Of a DNA stretch of 59,960 bases, positions 19,464-28,831 are shown in pieces; the first letter of the stretch is position 1, and each line of letters opens with the position of its first letter. The DNA lies in the IMG/VR virus record IMGVR_UViG_3300032295_002318, positions 1 to 59,960 of that record, one strand, 5' to 3'. Below the pieces are notes generated by a model. The model saw only the letters and a program-made list of their open reading frames with translations. It was not told the DNA's origin and ran no database searches. The stretch is from a virus. Its lineage: Duplodnaviria > Caudoviricetes. Made by a program: the position numbers and the translations under genes.

Positions 19464-20150
19464 CTAAATACTACCTTCCGCTTGCTCACTCAACACATAC
19501 AACAGATAGCACCGACAACGCGGATGAGCTGGGGGCCCTTTGGCGAAGTCGTCGGCCCAGTTCGCCGGGCCTGTGTTATGCAATGGCCCGCATACCGGGC
19601 ATACTCTCTCGTCACGCTTCGTGATCCATCGAGCCGTTACGCCGACCCCTAGCTCACGCATCGTTTCCACGACTGTACCTTCGCCAATTGTGACCGCGTT
19701 GGTAGTCTCAGTCACGCCGATGTTCTCAGCCCTCGAATCTGGAAACAATCGATCCTTGGCCCACTCTTCGAAGGGTTCTTCCTCATCCCATTCATCGAGC
19801 CATGATCGATTCGTATCGCTCATTTGATCGCCTAGTTCGTCGATCTGATCTTGAGCGCGTTTCTTCGCTTGGGTTACAAGGTCATCGTAGATAGGCCCCT
19901 TTTTCTTCGGCGCGTCACCGAGTACTCCGCGTCCAATGTCGTCGCTACCGAATAGGATCAACAGGGCGATGATTACGCGCCGGTGAACCTCTTCGACAAT
20001 CGGCCCGACGTATTTTCGCAATGCTACTTTTATTGCTGCATTGATCGCGTCGATGCCCTGAGATGCAACCGCCAAAGCTTCGGCGAATACTTCCTCCATC
20101 GCTGACCGAATGCGTTCCTCGTAGCGTTTACGGCCCTTAACGTCAGGCAT
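19464..20150 (-). CDS. Head morphogenesis protein (Mu F/SPP1 gp7-like)
   Basis: RAENIGVTET, W.T..DERVCPVC, PPAHPRCRC. Confidence 0.85.
   Translation of the reverse strand: MPDVKGRKRYEERIRSAMEEVFAEALAVASQGIDAINAAIKVALRKYVGPIVEEVHRRVIIALLILFGSDDIGRGVLGDAPKKKGPIYDDLVTQAKKRAQDQIDELGDQMSDTNRSWLDEWDEEEPFEEWAKDRLFPDSRAENIGVTETTNAVTIGEGTVVETMRELGVGVTARWITKRDERVCPVCGPLHNTGPANWADDFAKGPPAHPRCRCYLLYVLSEQAEGSI
19468..19490 (-). promoter_or_regulatory. Putative late promoter AGTGAGCA-N9-TAGTAT (probably leaderless mRNA)
   Basis: -10 ends 7 nt before protease ATG. Confidence 0.6.
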
Positions 20151-22333
20151 TATGGGTAATCCTTCCAACGGTCGAGCATCTGTTGTTGACGCCCGGAGAA
20201 TGATTCCTGCTTGCGGTTCAGTTCAGCCAACGCGGGGTTCTGCTTGAGCAACCACGACTCACGAACGAAGGTAACTCCATCCCATCCGTACTCACCCTGC
20301 AAGGATTCTTTGAGCAACTTGGTGACGCTTGGACGCGACCAGAAACGGCATGACCAGTACCGCGCCTTCCACTTCGGCCCCGGATCGTCGCAGTTATGCC
20401 GAGCCCTGAACCCGCGTCTGCTTCCAGGGTCATCACGCTTGATTCGCATCTTCGGATCGCCGAAGCTGACCTTCACGACGTTGCCCTTATCGTTCTTGAC
20501 ATATACGCCGAATTTCTTCGGCCCGCTTGGTGTTCGGAACGGCTTGTTGAGGGTCTTTTTCTCAGCCTCAGTTAGTTGCTCCGCTGGAAACGTTTCCAGG
20601 CTCCCATCCGACGCATCGTCCAGAACCGCCTTGATATCTTGGTCAGGCATGCCGATCGATCGAAGCAGTACTTCGGCCACTTGCCGGGTAGTATTCCCTT
20701 GCATGTAGTCACGCAAAACGTCGGCCATCGCTTTTCGATTGCGATTCCATTGCAAACGCGAAATTCCCTGCCATTTTGCGGAATTCTCCGCTTCTGAGGT
20801 GGAAACGTTTCCACTTTCCTGCCCTGTCTTTTGCCCCTTTGCGCTGGAAACGTTTCCACTTTTCGAGCCCGGTTGAGCCGCTGTTCCGGCCTGCTGCTCT
20901 GCCCCTGCGACCTGCAAGCCGTTCGCCGTTTCGGTATCGATATCACGGCCCAATTCGTTGATTGCGGTCTTGTCGGATACCCAACCCCTCTCACGTTGTA
21001 AGGCTAGGGCTTGAGTATGCTTCAATGGGTCAAGCTGTAGGATTCTTGCCGCAATGGTTTCAACGGTCAGGATATCCCGCAAGTCCTCCCACGAGTTGAC
21101 GCCGTACGCGCGAAAACGCCCACTGTTTGCAGCAAGCTTGATAAGCTTCATGATGACCTCGCGGAAGCGTTCCTTGCGTTGAACTTGCTCCGCCTGTCTG
21201 CCTTGCATGAATGGCCCCTCTGCGACCAATGCCGATGCAAGGTTGTTGTTCTCGTAGCTCCCGGTCAGCATCCCTTCGGGAAATGCGTGAACCGATCCCG
21301 CAAGCCTCAACGCTGCCTCAAGAACATCGACGTAGATATCTGAGTTATTCGCGCCAAGCAAGCCCGCCTTGTAGCTCTGACCAGCCGGAACATCGAGCCG
21401 CGTGCCGGGCATCATTCGCCGCCTGCGTTGCGGTAGCCCGGTCATAGGGTCAACCTTGCCCGTTAGCGGTGCGAATTTCTTCACGATGTTGTCGGCTTGA
21501 CGCTGTGTCCCTTCGCTGTGCTCCACGATGTAGGCGATTGCCGCCTGCGTTGCTGCCCCCTCTGCGGTATTGGTCAACACGCGGTCAGCCCTGAGAAGGT
21601 ACAAATGCGGCTTGAAGAAATCAGAGAAGCCACGCTTTGCCCTTTGGCGTACGTTCCGCTTCCAGAATACAACGCGGTCAGCCGGTACGTAGTCCCAATC
21701 TAGCCCCGCCGCATCCCGCACGAAATGGTACCCGATGTGCCGCTCTGGTACGTTCTTTTTTGTAAGTACTCCGAATGTCCAGGAAGGCACGTAATCAATC
21801 CCTAGCCAATCTTCTAGCTCAGGCTTGATCGCTGGTTCGGTCAGTTCGTCAGGCTCCCGCGCAACCATCATGCACTGCCCATCGTCGTAGATGAACTCAG
21901 AAAGGAACTCACCGTCGGCGATTTCCCGGACGTAAGATTCGCGTTCGAGCTCCGATGACCACTTGGAGTTATCCAGGCATTCGCGGACGTAAACCTGAAC
22001 TGCCTTTTCAAGTCGCTTGTTTTCGCTCTTAATCGTCCAATCGAAGCCGGTGCCGATCGTGTAGTCAAGCAAGCGATTGACCCAGGCTTGGGCCATGGGC
22101 ACCTTCTCGACAAGTAGCCAACTCATAGCCCGGATCAGTTTCAAGTCGGACTCGTTGGTATAGACTGGACGAAAGCGACCGTCTGACCGGTCGTAAATCT
22201 GCGTAAATGCTCCGAGGCCGTTCGTATTGAAGAACCCGGTAGAATCCGTCATGAACTCAGTAACGTCGATGACCTCGCCCCACGATTCCGTTAAACTTTG
22301 GGCGTCTCGCATTGCGTCAATAATTTTTTCCAT
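20150..22333 (-). CDS. Portal protein with long C-terminal extension
   Basis: First gene of head operon; DYTIGTGF, DGEFL, KRGFSDF, GWVSDKTA. Confidence 0.8.
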   Translation of the reverse strand: MEKIIDAMRDAQSLTESWGEVIDVTEFMTDSTGFFNTNGLGAFTQIYDRSDGRFRPVYTNESDLKLIRAMSWLLVEKVPMAQAWVNRLLDYTIGTGFDWTIKSENKRLEKAVQVYVRECLDNSKWSSELERESYVREIADGEFLSEFIYDDGQCMMVAREPDELTEPAIKPELEDWLGIDYVPSWTFGVLTKKNVPERHIGYHFVRDAAGLDWDYVPADRVVFWKRNVRQRAKRGFSDFFKPHLYLLRADRVLTNTAEGAATQAAIAYIVEHSEGTQRQADNIVKKFAPLTGKVDPMTGLPQRRRRMMPGTRLDVPAGQSYKAGLLGANNSDIYVDVLEAALRLAGSVHAFPEGMLTGSYENNNLASALVAEGPFMQGRQAEQVQRKERFREVIMKLIKLAANSGRFRAYGVNSWEDLRDILTVETIAARILQLDPLKHTQALALQRERGWVSDKTAINELGRDIDTETANGLQVAGAEQQAGTAAQPGSKSGNVSSAKGQKTGQESGNVSTSEAENSAKWQGISRLQWNRNRKAMADVLRDYMQGNTTRQVAEVLLRSIGMPDQDIKAVLDDASDGSLETFPAEQLTEAEKKTLNKPFRTPSGPKKFGVYVKNDKGNVVKVSFGDPKMRIKRDDPGSRRGFRARHNCDDPGPKWKARYWSCRFWSRPSVTKLLKESLQGEYGWDGVTFVRESWLLKQNPALAELNRKQESFSGRQQQMLDRWKDYP

Positions 22334-22351
22334 GGTATGCCTCCGCCTCAA

Positions 22352-22374
22352 ATTCTAGGTCAACCCTGCTCACT
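22352..22374 (-). promoter_or_regulatory. Putative late promoter AGTGAGCA-N9-TAGAAT
   Basis: Upstream of portal; abuts ATG of divergent HTH gene. Confidence 0.65.
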
Positions 22375-22950
22375 ATGCGACTTGACGAATCGACAATCTA
22401 CCAAATCTTTGCAATGGCGCATCGTCGAGCTACGAAGTCAGAAATAGCATCTTACCTGTCGATCACCCGCGACACAGTAGATTCCCATTTGTCAGGCCGG
22501 TTCCGCTGGCGGTACTCCCTGCCCCTTCAACGTCGCATCAAGAACCTGCAACCACCGCAGACGCGAAAGAGGCCCATTCCCTTCAGTTTCATTTCCATCG
22601 CTGAAGCCTCGTATTTCTTTGAGCGAAGGCCGACGGTTAAGTCCATGCTAGGCCACTACCGCGACTTGCGAACGGAGATGATCGGTGGTGCGAACTTTAC
22701 CCGGCATCAATGGGCGAAAGAATGCGCAGAAAAACGCAACGTTGCAAATCTTCAAGGGGTCTGCATGACGCGGGAAGCTGCCCGGTATATGTACGGGGTA
22801 AAAACGGATCGATTCGTGATCCAGCTTTCAGACTTCGACTCATCGGATACGCCCGCCGGACTTATTCACGGCGCGCTCGGTATCATGGCTTGGACTGGTC
22901 AACCGTTCGTGACTCTTGACGTTAACGATGTGATCCGGCTTGCCTCTTAG
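22375..22950 (+). CDS. HTH DNA-binding protein, the only + strand gene
   Basis: ATKSEIASYLSITRDTVDSHL HTH; fills the gap between - strand operons. Confidence 0.65.
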   Translation: MRLDESTIYQIFAMAHRRATKSEIASYLSITRDTVDSHLSGRFRWRYSLPLQRRIKNLQPPQTRKRPIPFSFISIAEASYFFERRPTVKSMLGHYRDLRTEMIGGANFTRHQWAKECAEKRNVANLQGVCMTREAARYMYGVKTDRFVIQLSDFDSSDTPAGLIHGALGIMAWTGQPFVTLDVNDVIRLAS

Positions 22951-22966
22951 GTGGAAACGTTTCCAC
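22951..22966. promoter_or_regulatory. 16-bp palindrome GTGGAAACGTTTCCAC forming the whole gap between convergent genes
   Basis: TAG at 22948-22950 and TTA at 22967-22969 flank it exactly. Confidence 0.85.
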
Positions 22967-23173
22967 TTAGCGACGCAGCTTACTTCGCAATTCCCTGTAC
23001 TTTTCGATAAGCTCGACTTGCTTTTCGCGGATCTCCCTAGCTGCATCAATCTGCTTTCTGCATAGTTCATCGATCTTAGCAAGCTCCCTCTGGAGTTCCC
23101 GCAATAACAGATACAAGAGCAAGTGAACTACCGCGAATACAGCAACCATCACGCAGAAAAAAGTAACGTTCAT
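22967..23173 (-). CDS. Small membrane/coiled-coil protein
   Basis: TM segment followed by charged helix. Confidence 0.5.
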   Translation of the reverse strand: MNVTFFCVMVAVFAVVHLLLYLLLRELQRELAKIDELCRKQIDAAREIREKQVELIEKYRELRSKLRR

Positions 23174-23174
23174 T

Positions 23175-23357
23175 TTATTCTTCAACCTGTCGATAGAAGA
23201 ATATCGTATCACCGGTATTCCTCACGTACTCGAAGGCTTGATCCACCGTCCACCCGACGTAGAACGTTGCTGGGTTCAAAGGCTCCCTGCCTGCGAGTAG
23301 GTATCGGTCACCTTGCAGGATGGTTTCCCACCAATTCAACTGTCTTAGCTTAACCAT
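23175..23357 (-). CDS. Hypothetical protein
   Basis: Coupled small ORF. Confidence 0.5.
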   Translation of the reverse strand: MVKLRQLNWWETILQGDRYLLAGREPLNPATFYVGWTVDQAFEYVRNTGDTIFFYRQVEE

Positions 23358-23583
23358 CTTCGCCTTCGCTTTCTTCCTCTTCGACTCTCTCCCCGGCCTC
23401 GTAGACAAACTCAGTTGCTAGCTCTGGATCGATGACGACTCGAGCCCCGCGTGCTAGCGCGTTCGCCAACTTGGTGATAAATAGCAAGTCATCCTTCGTG
23501 GAGTCCTCTGCTGTGATGTACGTGATCGTCAGGCGGTGAACTTGCTTCGTCTCTGGATCGCCGTTCATTTCGATATCGAGCAT
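23350..23583 (-). CDS. Hypothetical protein
   Basis: Coupled small ORF with GGAGG RBS. Confidence 0.55.
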   Translation of the reverse strand: MLDIEMNGDPETKQVHRLTITYITAEDSTKDDLLFITKLANALARGARVVIDPELATEFVYEAGERVEEEESEGEDG

Positions 23584-23801
23584 TATTTACCTCCTCGTTT
23601 CTTCCATGTTGGAAATATGCCCGGCCTCAATCGGATCATCGGTACCGAGCAACCGCTATGCTGCCAAGTAGCTATCTCCGCGTGACCAGCCTCTATGAAA
23701 CCCTTGACGATAGGCCAAAGCTCAGCCGGTGCCATTCCAACGGCCTTGCTAATCTCTGGCATCGTCTCCCACTTGCTATTAAGTACTTCGCTAGCCTTCA
23801 T
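23583..23801 (-). CDS. Small winged-HTH-like protein
   Basis: TMPEISKAVGMAPAEL. Confidence 0.5.
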   Translation of the reverse strand: MKASEVLNSKWETMPEISKAVGMAPAELWPIVKGFIEAGHAEIATWQHSGCSVPMIRLRPGIFPTWKKRGGK

Positions 23802-24106
23802 GACCTTGCCCTTCTAAATCGAAAATCGAATCTAAATCCCTTGATATTGTCGTCGCAAATCAGATACCACCCCTCAGGGGCAGGAGCTTTTACCTTGTAG
23901 ATTCCGAAGACTAGCATGTTCTCACAAGGCCAATCCGCGACATACTTGCCCAGGTGGAACTCGATTACCCATCGGCCAATCATGTCCTTGCCGCGCTGCA
24001 CCCGTCGAAGATTGCGAACGAATCGAATCATTTCTGCTACCCTTGAATCTCTACCAATGCTTGCGTTCTTCCGTCGCGGTAGCCATGGAAATACCCTTTG
24101 ATGCAT
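23798..24106 (-). CDS. Hypothetical protein (start uncertain)
   Basis: Stop overlaps next start. Confidence 0.4.
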   Translation of the reverse strand: MHQRVFPWLPRRKNASIGRDSRVAEMIRFVRNLRRVQRGKDMIGRWVIEFHLGKYVADWPCENMLVFGIYKVKAPAPEGWYLICDDNIKGFRFDFRFRRARS

Positions 24107-24173
24107 CCCATGGCGTAGGCGAAGATTAGCAAGCCACCAGCAACGACAATAACCCTCTTTGACTCACTCACGC

Positions 24174-25247
24174 CTAGCTCCGATCCATAGGCATCACAAC
24201 ATACCGCGAAGCACCACAACGGCATACCATCGGGTTCGTCCGACTGATAATAAACAACTCAACCACGGCATCCTTATCGAGCGTCTTGAGCCAATCTTGA
24301 GCGTACCTGTGATCGATAATCAAGGTTTCTACCAAGTCACTCTCGACCGGAATGCTCACCAAGGAAACGCCCTTCTCTGCCGCCGAGGACTTAACCAAAA
24401 GCTCATCTTCGCAGAAGTGCAATTCAGTAGCCCGCGTCTCATCGTCAGAAACTACCGAGGCTTGCCGGATCGCTTGCAGCAACGCCCCAGCCGGCACTGC
24501 GACGCGCTCACCAAGAACGCTCGGCACGATCCTTTCCCACGCCGGAAACCGTCCTTCGATCTGACTCGTGAAGATAGTTGTATCCGCACAACGGAACGCA
24601 ATCCGATTGCCGACAATCTGAATCTCGCAGTCGGCATCCTTGCTATCTGCCATGCGTTCGACCAACGCAAGAGGCTTGATCGGTACGATTGCCGATTGCT
24701 CTTTGGACTCACAGTGTAGCTCAGTGTACGCCAGTGTACGCCCATTTGTAGCCACCACGTTTACACCATTCGGCCCGAACTGCAACGCAACGCCTGCGAG
24801 CTGGTAGCGCGTCGATTCAACGTCCACGGAGAATTTGGTGGAGTTGATCGCCCTCGCAAACTCCTTTGCTTCCAACTTGACCGGGGAATCCATCGCAACC
24901 TTCATTCGCGGAAACTCGTCCGGGTTCGAAGTCGGCAAGGAGAAGTTCCCGTTGTTTAGCTCTATGTGAAGCTTGTTGTCATCGAACGACAAGCTGACCG
25001 AAGGTGACTTGCTCTCCCTCATGATCGAGCCAAAGCGAAACGGATTGAGCAACACGCTACCGCTCCAACCGTCCTGTACCTTGACTTGCACCTGTACGCT
25101 GGTTTCCCCGTCGCTGCCCTCTAAGACGCCTTTATCGAGGTCTAGCAACACGTTCTGAAGTGCACTTTTCGCACTCGACTTGTTGACGATTGAAGCCGCT
25201 GTTTCGAACTTGGTAAGTAACTCTTGTCGATCAAAAACGAACTGCAT
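24174..25247 (-). CDS. dnaN: DNA polymerase III beta sliding clamp
   Basis: 357 aa; PDEFP, STRYQLAGV, VATNGRTLA, IEGRFPAWERIVP, YVVMP. Confidence 0.92.
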   Translation of the reverse strand: MQFVFDRQELLTKFETAASIVNKSSAKSALQNVLLDLDKGVLEGSDGETSVQVQVKVQDGWSGSVLLNPFRFGSIMRESKSPSVSLSFDDNKLHIELNNGNFSLPTSNPDEFPRMKVAMDSPVKLEAKEFARAINSTKFSVDVESTRYQLAGVALQFGPNGVNVVATNGRTLAYTELHCESKEQSAIVPIKPLALVERMADSKDADCEIQIVGNRIAFRCADTTIFTSQIEGRFPAWERIVPSVLGERVAVPAGALLQAIRQASVVSDDETRATELHFCEDELLVKSSAAEKGVSLVSIPVESDLVETLIIDHRYAQDWLKTLDKDAVVELFIISRTNPMVCRCGASRYVVMPMDRS

Positions 25248-25308
25248 TTTCCTTGGTCTTTCTTATTTCTGGGTGGAAACGTTTCCACCTAATTAGCGTG
25301 AAAACTGA

Positions 25309-25731
25309 CTATGACTCCAGCCTGTCATAACTTCCTAGCTGAATGTTGAACGGAAGCACTGCCCCCTTCGGAAGTACCCACAACCACCGCAAGTCGGCAA
25401 CGTCTACGATCTTTTCATGAGGCGGGAAAACCTCCAACCCAATACGCTCAGGCCAGAAGTAATCCTTGATCGCCTGCATGTCATCCCATTCGATCGGCTT
25501 GGTAGTACCTCGATCGAGCACAGCATCTCGCGTTGTTGCGTTGGTATGCTTGACTGCAACTCTCAAGGTTCCTTGCCATGGCGTACCATCGCAGCCCGGA
25601 GTTGCGTTACCCCAAACCTGAACAACGACGCCGTTCTCACGATCAACGTAGGCACAATCTGGAACATGACCCCAGGTAGGCATTTCTTCCTTGGGCACTA
25701 GTCTCAATCTTGTCGGGTCGATGTTTCTCAC
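25309..25731 (-). CDS. Conserved phage protein (WDDMQAIK...EVFPP...VDVADLRWLW)
   Basis: Motif recalled from a widespread phage DUF. Confidence 0.6.
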   Translation of the reverse strand: MRNIDPTRLRLVPKEEMPTWGHVPDCAYVDRENGVVVQVWGNATPGCDGTPWQGTLRVAVKHTNATTRDAVLDRGTTKPIEWDDMQAIKDYFWPERIGLEVFPPHEKIVDVADLRWLWVLPKGAVLPFNIQLGSYDRLES

Positions 25732-26207
25732 TGTGCTATTCCTTTCGTAAAAATGTTTCCAGCGTAGTAGGCCAATTGCTGACCGATTCCCAAGCCTTTT
25801 ACTGGGTAATCAACCTTAGCACCGAACAATACCAAAGCCTTTCCGAGAACGTCGCAGTAATGCTTGCCGCAGTGCATTTCGAACGTCAAGCCGACGAAGC
25901 TGTCGATCTTGAAGTCATAGTAAAGCCGATCGCATAACTGACCAACAACGCCAGCAACCCAGGCAACCTTATCGACTTGACACTTCTCGTTCATCGTCTG
26001 ATCGTAAAGCTTGATCGGAGTCTCTGGAGAGATGCAACCGGACTTTGCCGAAAGGATGAACCATTCGAGGTTCCGGCCCTCAACATGGGCTACCCGCTTG
26101 CGGAAAAGGTCTGAATCGTAAATGTCCCTTGCTGGGTGCCAGTCCAACGAAGGGTTTCGCGTTTGAATCTTCGTCTTAGCGCATCCAACAAGTGCAATCC
26201 TCTTCAT
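25728..26207 (-). CDS. DUF6884-like protein
   Basis: LVGCAKTK, PARDIY.SDLF, WFILSAK.G, GLGIGQQL. Confidence 0.7.
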   Translation of the reverse strand: MKRIALVGCAKTKIQTRNPSLDWHPARDIYDSDLFRKRVAHVEGRNLEWFILSAKSGCISPETPIKLYDQTMNEKCQVDKVAWVAGVVGQLCDRLYYDFKIDSFVGLTFEMHCGKHYCDVLGKALVLFGAKVDYPVKGLGIGQQLAYYAGNIFTKGIAQ

Positions 26208-26671
26208 CAGTACTTCCGCCCTTGCGAGAACTGCTCAGCATGTTCCCGCACTAGGGGGTTCGACGCTGACCAGCTTGGTTTCTTCGATCTCCAAGGCCCG
26301 TCTGGATCGTGCCCGATTCGGAAATGATGTTCCCGGCAAAGGGTTATCAAGTTCCACTCGTCAAGCTCCAAGTCAGGCCGCACGTGAAACGGTATCACGT
26401 GATGTACGTTTAACGCCGCCGAACTTCCGCACGCAGCGCAAACGGGAAACTTTTCTACAAATTGATCCCGCACCCGCCGCCATTCCCCGCTACGCTCGCC
26501 TTCGGATATGTCAAAGTCGATCGACTCACCGAGCTGCTCGATAGGCTCTTGAGGTATCGCCCTGTGGCTACCTTCGATCACGTAGGACTTGAAGAACACC
26601 AAGGCCAAAGCTAAAGACAAGGCATAGAAAGAGAACTCCAAAAAACGCAACGTTGCTTTTTTATAGCTCAT
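26207..26671 (-). CDS. HNH endonuclease with N-terminal hydrophobic segment
   Basis: CAACG, VHHVIP, NLITLCREHH. Confidence 0.85.
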   Translation of the reverse strand: MSYKKATLRFLEFSFYALSLALALVFFKSYVIEGSHRAIPQEPIEQLGESIDFDISEGERSGEWRRVRDQFVEKFPVCAACGSSAALNVHHVIPFHVRPDLELDEWNLITLCREHHFRIGHDPDGPWRSKKPSWSASNPLVREHAEQFSQGRKY

Positions 26672-26676
26672 GGTGA

Positions 26677-26964
26677 CTACTCGCCTGAGATACCAAGAAT
26701 CATTGTTCGATGCATAGCTCGTTGCTCAATTTCTATCATCATGATGGAACCCCAAGGCTCTCCTGCGCACGGATCAACTCCCATGCGGTATGCCGTGTAA
26801 CGCTTCGTGGCTATTTCTCGATACAGCCGTTTTTTCCTGTTGTTGCCTCGACGATCGCACGTTATCGCAGCAACACGCACCTTGTTTTTCGGATGAATCG
26901 TATAGGGCTTTGGACCAACTATCCGGATCGTTGAAAGTATTTTTCTCGCTTGCCTTGCCTTCAC
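26677..26964 (-). CDS. Basic hypothetical protein
   Basis: MKARQARKI start, as in ORF near 39.3 kb. Confidence 0.5.
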   Translation of the reverse strand: MKARQARKILSTIRIVGPKPYTIHPKNKVRVAAITCDRRGNNRKKRLYREIATKRYTAYRMGVDPCAGEPWGSIMMIEIEQRAMHRTMILGISGE

Positions 26965-27058
26965 TATGCACCTGCCTTTTCCTCAAAGTCTTTGCGTATA
27001 TCAAAAGCCAGAGACGCACAACAGAAAGAGAACTCCAAAAAACGCAACGTTGCTTTTT

Positions 27059-27322
27059 TCATTGTGGGCCGAATCCTACGCATTGAAGAACCTTCACCGG
27101 CTTGCCGTTAATCGTTCGCTCACGCCAAAAGAACCCGTTTGCAACCTTGACGTACTTGCCGAAGTGCTGATCGATCATTGCCTTCGCATCAACGTAATTG
27201 ACGAACTCGAACGGCACCGTCACCCGCGACTCAGTGTTCTCAGGTGCAAACGGAAGGAACTCAAGCGTACCCCGTCCTTCCTTGCCATCGAGCCAAGAGA
27301 ACGCAATGAATCTAGCTATCAC
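27059..27322 (-). CDS. Hypothetical protein
   Basis: Coupled ORF. Confidence 0.55.
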   Translation of the reverse strand: MIARFIAFSWLDGKEGRGTLEFLPFAPENTESRVTVPFEFVNYVDAKAMIDQHFGKYVKVANGFFWRERTINGKPVKVLQCVGFGPQ

Positions 27323-27558
27323 GGCCTATGCTCCCTTCCGTGTATCGTGCGAATTATTTCCAGGCTTTCTAGGTACCGAGCGTTACCGGCATCGATCCCT
27401 CGCTTAACTTTTTCGATTGCATCCATCACCGACATTCCGTGACGTATGCACTCATCGATTGCCTCCTGATAGGTCATGTCAACATCGGTAAAGTCATCGA
27501 CAACATCGCTGAACCTTGCCAACTTGCCATTGGGCTGTTGCACTATTCGCCACGCCAT
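27319..27558 (-). CDS. Hypothetical protein (IVQQPNGKLARFSDVVD)
   Basis: Coupled ORF. Confidence 0.6.
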   Translation of the reverse strand: MAWRIVQQPNGKLARFSDVVDDFTDVDMTYQEAIDECIRHGMSVMDAIEKVKRGIDAGNARYLESLEIIRTIHGREHRP

Positions 27559-27815
27559 CAGTCACCAGCCTTTTCTGACTTGCTTTTGTGTCTTATGTCT
27601 CGGCACTTCTCGCATTTCTGCCAATCCTTGTCATTGTCCCACTGAACCCACTGGTGATCCTGCGGCATACATTGCGCCTCATAAGTCACAGTGTAGTCAA
27701 CTTCGATCCAGATTTCATGACGGCACATAGGGCATTCGTAAGAGCCTGATTCGTCATGATCGTTAACGTCGAACTCCTCGTTGCAGTGCGGGCAGGTTAC
27801 GTCAAGACTCATCAT
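27558..27815 (-). CDS. Zinc-ribbon protein
   Basis: CPHC, CPMC, CEKC. Confidence 0.6.
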   Translation of the reverse strand: MMSLDVTCPHCNEEFDVNDHDESGSYECPMCRHEIWIEVDYTVTYEAQCMPQDHQWVQWDNDKDWQKCEKCRDIRHKSKSEKAGD

Positions 27816-28018
27816 TTACCTGCCTTTTCCGCACATTGCTTGCAGAGGACTAAACCGTCTGGAATGGAAATAACCGGAGCACCACATTTGCGGCAAGGAG
27901 ACAAGTCCATGCCGGATCGAGTAAGCAAAGTGTCAAGTCGCTTCTGCCACTTAACTTCCTGATCGACAATAACTCCACGAAGCTCTTTGCATCGCTCGCA
28001 TTTTATTTGCTTCATCAC
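27812..28018 (-). CDS. Zinc-ribbon protein
   Basis: CERC, CRKC, CKQC. Confidence 0.55.
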   Translation of the reverse strand: MMKQIKCERCKELRGVIVDQEVKWQKRLDTLLTRSGMDLSPCRKCGAPVISIPDGLVLCKQCAEKAGK

Positions 28019-28722
28019 ACCACCTCAAAGCCTTTCGCGGTGACTTGCACAACCTTGCCGCTTGGTAAACTGTACTTGCATCCTTCGCACAGATAATACT
28101 CAGCTACTCCACACTGCCGGATCGCGTGCCACTTAACAAGCATATTCGCAATCGAAACTCGATCATCTCCAATGATGATCCAATCCTTCGCACCCTGCGA
28201 CCAATACGCATCACTTGCAATCCTGTCTTCGTCCTTGCCGAGCAATCGCCAGCCGCTAGGTATTGTGTCGCGGGATCGGCAACTATTCGGAGTTTCCGAA
28301 GAGTTCGAACTATCCAAAATTGCTGGATTGTTGGTTTCAATGCGTCGGCGATACCAAAGCGGCGGATGCTGCTTCGAATCGCCCTTTTGCGACGGATACC
28401 ACAACTTTTCCTCTGCGTTCCACCATTCATCGCTGTCTGACCGCGCCTCCGGTGGAAACTTCCCTAACAACCTGTACCCTTCGCCGGGCTCGGGCTTGTT
28501 TGCAAACCACGCTGGCGGGTCGTAGACTTGGCACTTAATCCATGCTGAACCACTTTCACAACAAAAAGCCGAATCGCTCCATCCGGCTAGATTTCGAGGA
28601 TACCAGGGGCCAGAGTCGTCATCCCGAAACCTCGCCTCAACCGCCTCGCCCCTCATCACTCTTGCAACATCATCCGGAGTCGCTGACCGCCAAAACTGTT
28701 CGATGTATTCGCTCATTCGCAA
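28015..28722 (-). CDS. Modular hypothetical protein with two G(Y/W)RLLGK units
   Basis: 235 aa, Trp-rich. Confidence 0.6.
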   Translation of the reverse strand: MRMSEYIEQFWRSATPDDVARVMRGEAVEARFRDDDSGPWYPRNLAGWSDSAFCCESGSAWIKCQVYDPPAWFANKPEPGEGYRLLGKFPPEARSDSDEWWNAEEKLWYPSQKGDSKQHPPLWYRRRIETNNPAILDSSNSSETPNSCRSRDTIPSGWRLLGKDEDRIASDAYWSQGAKDWIIIGDDRVSIANMLVKWHAIRQCGVAEYYLCEGCKYSLPSGKVVQVTAKGFEVV

Positions 28723-28831
28723 GCCTCATTTGACTCAAAGAAACTACCAACTGCCCGAACTACTAACGCCGCAGAAACTGCCAAGTAAAGCAAGCCGGAA
28801 ACGATCCCGCAAACAAACGCCGTCAACATTT

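Noticed and set aside
22951-22966. Canonical parS site
   Set aside because: parS is TGTTNCACGTGAAACA-like; here the half-sites are in the opposite order and no ParA was found, so it is not called parS
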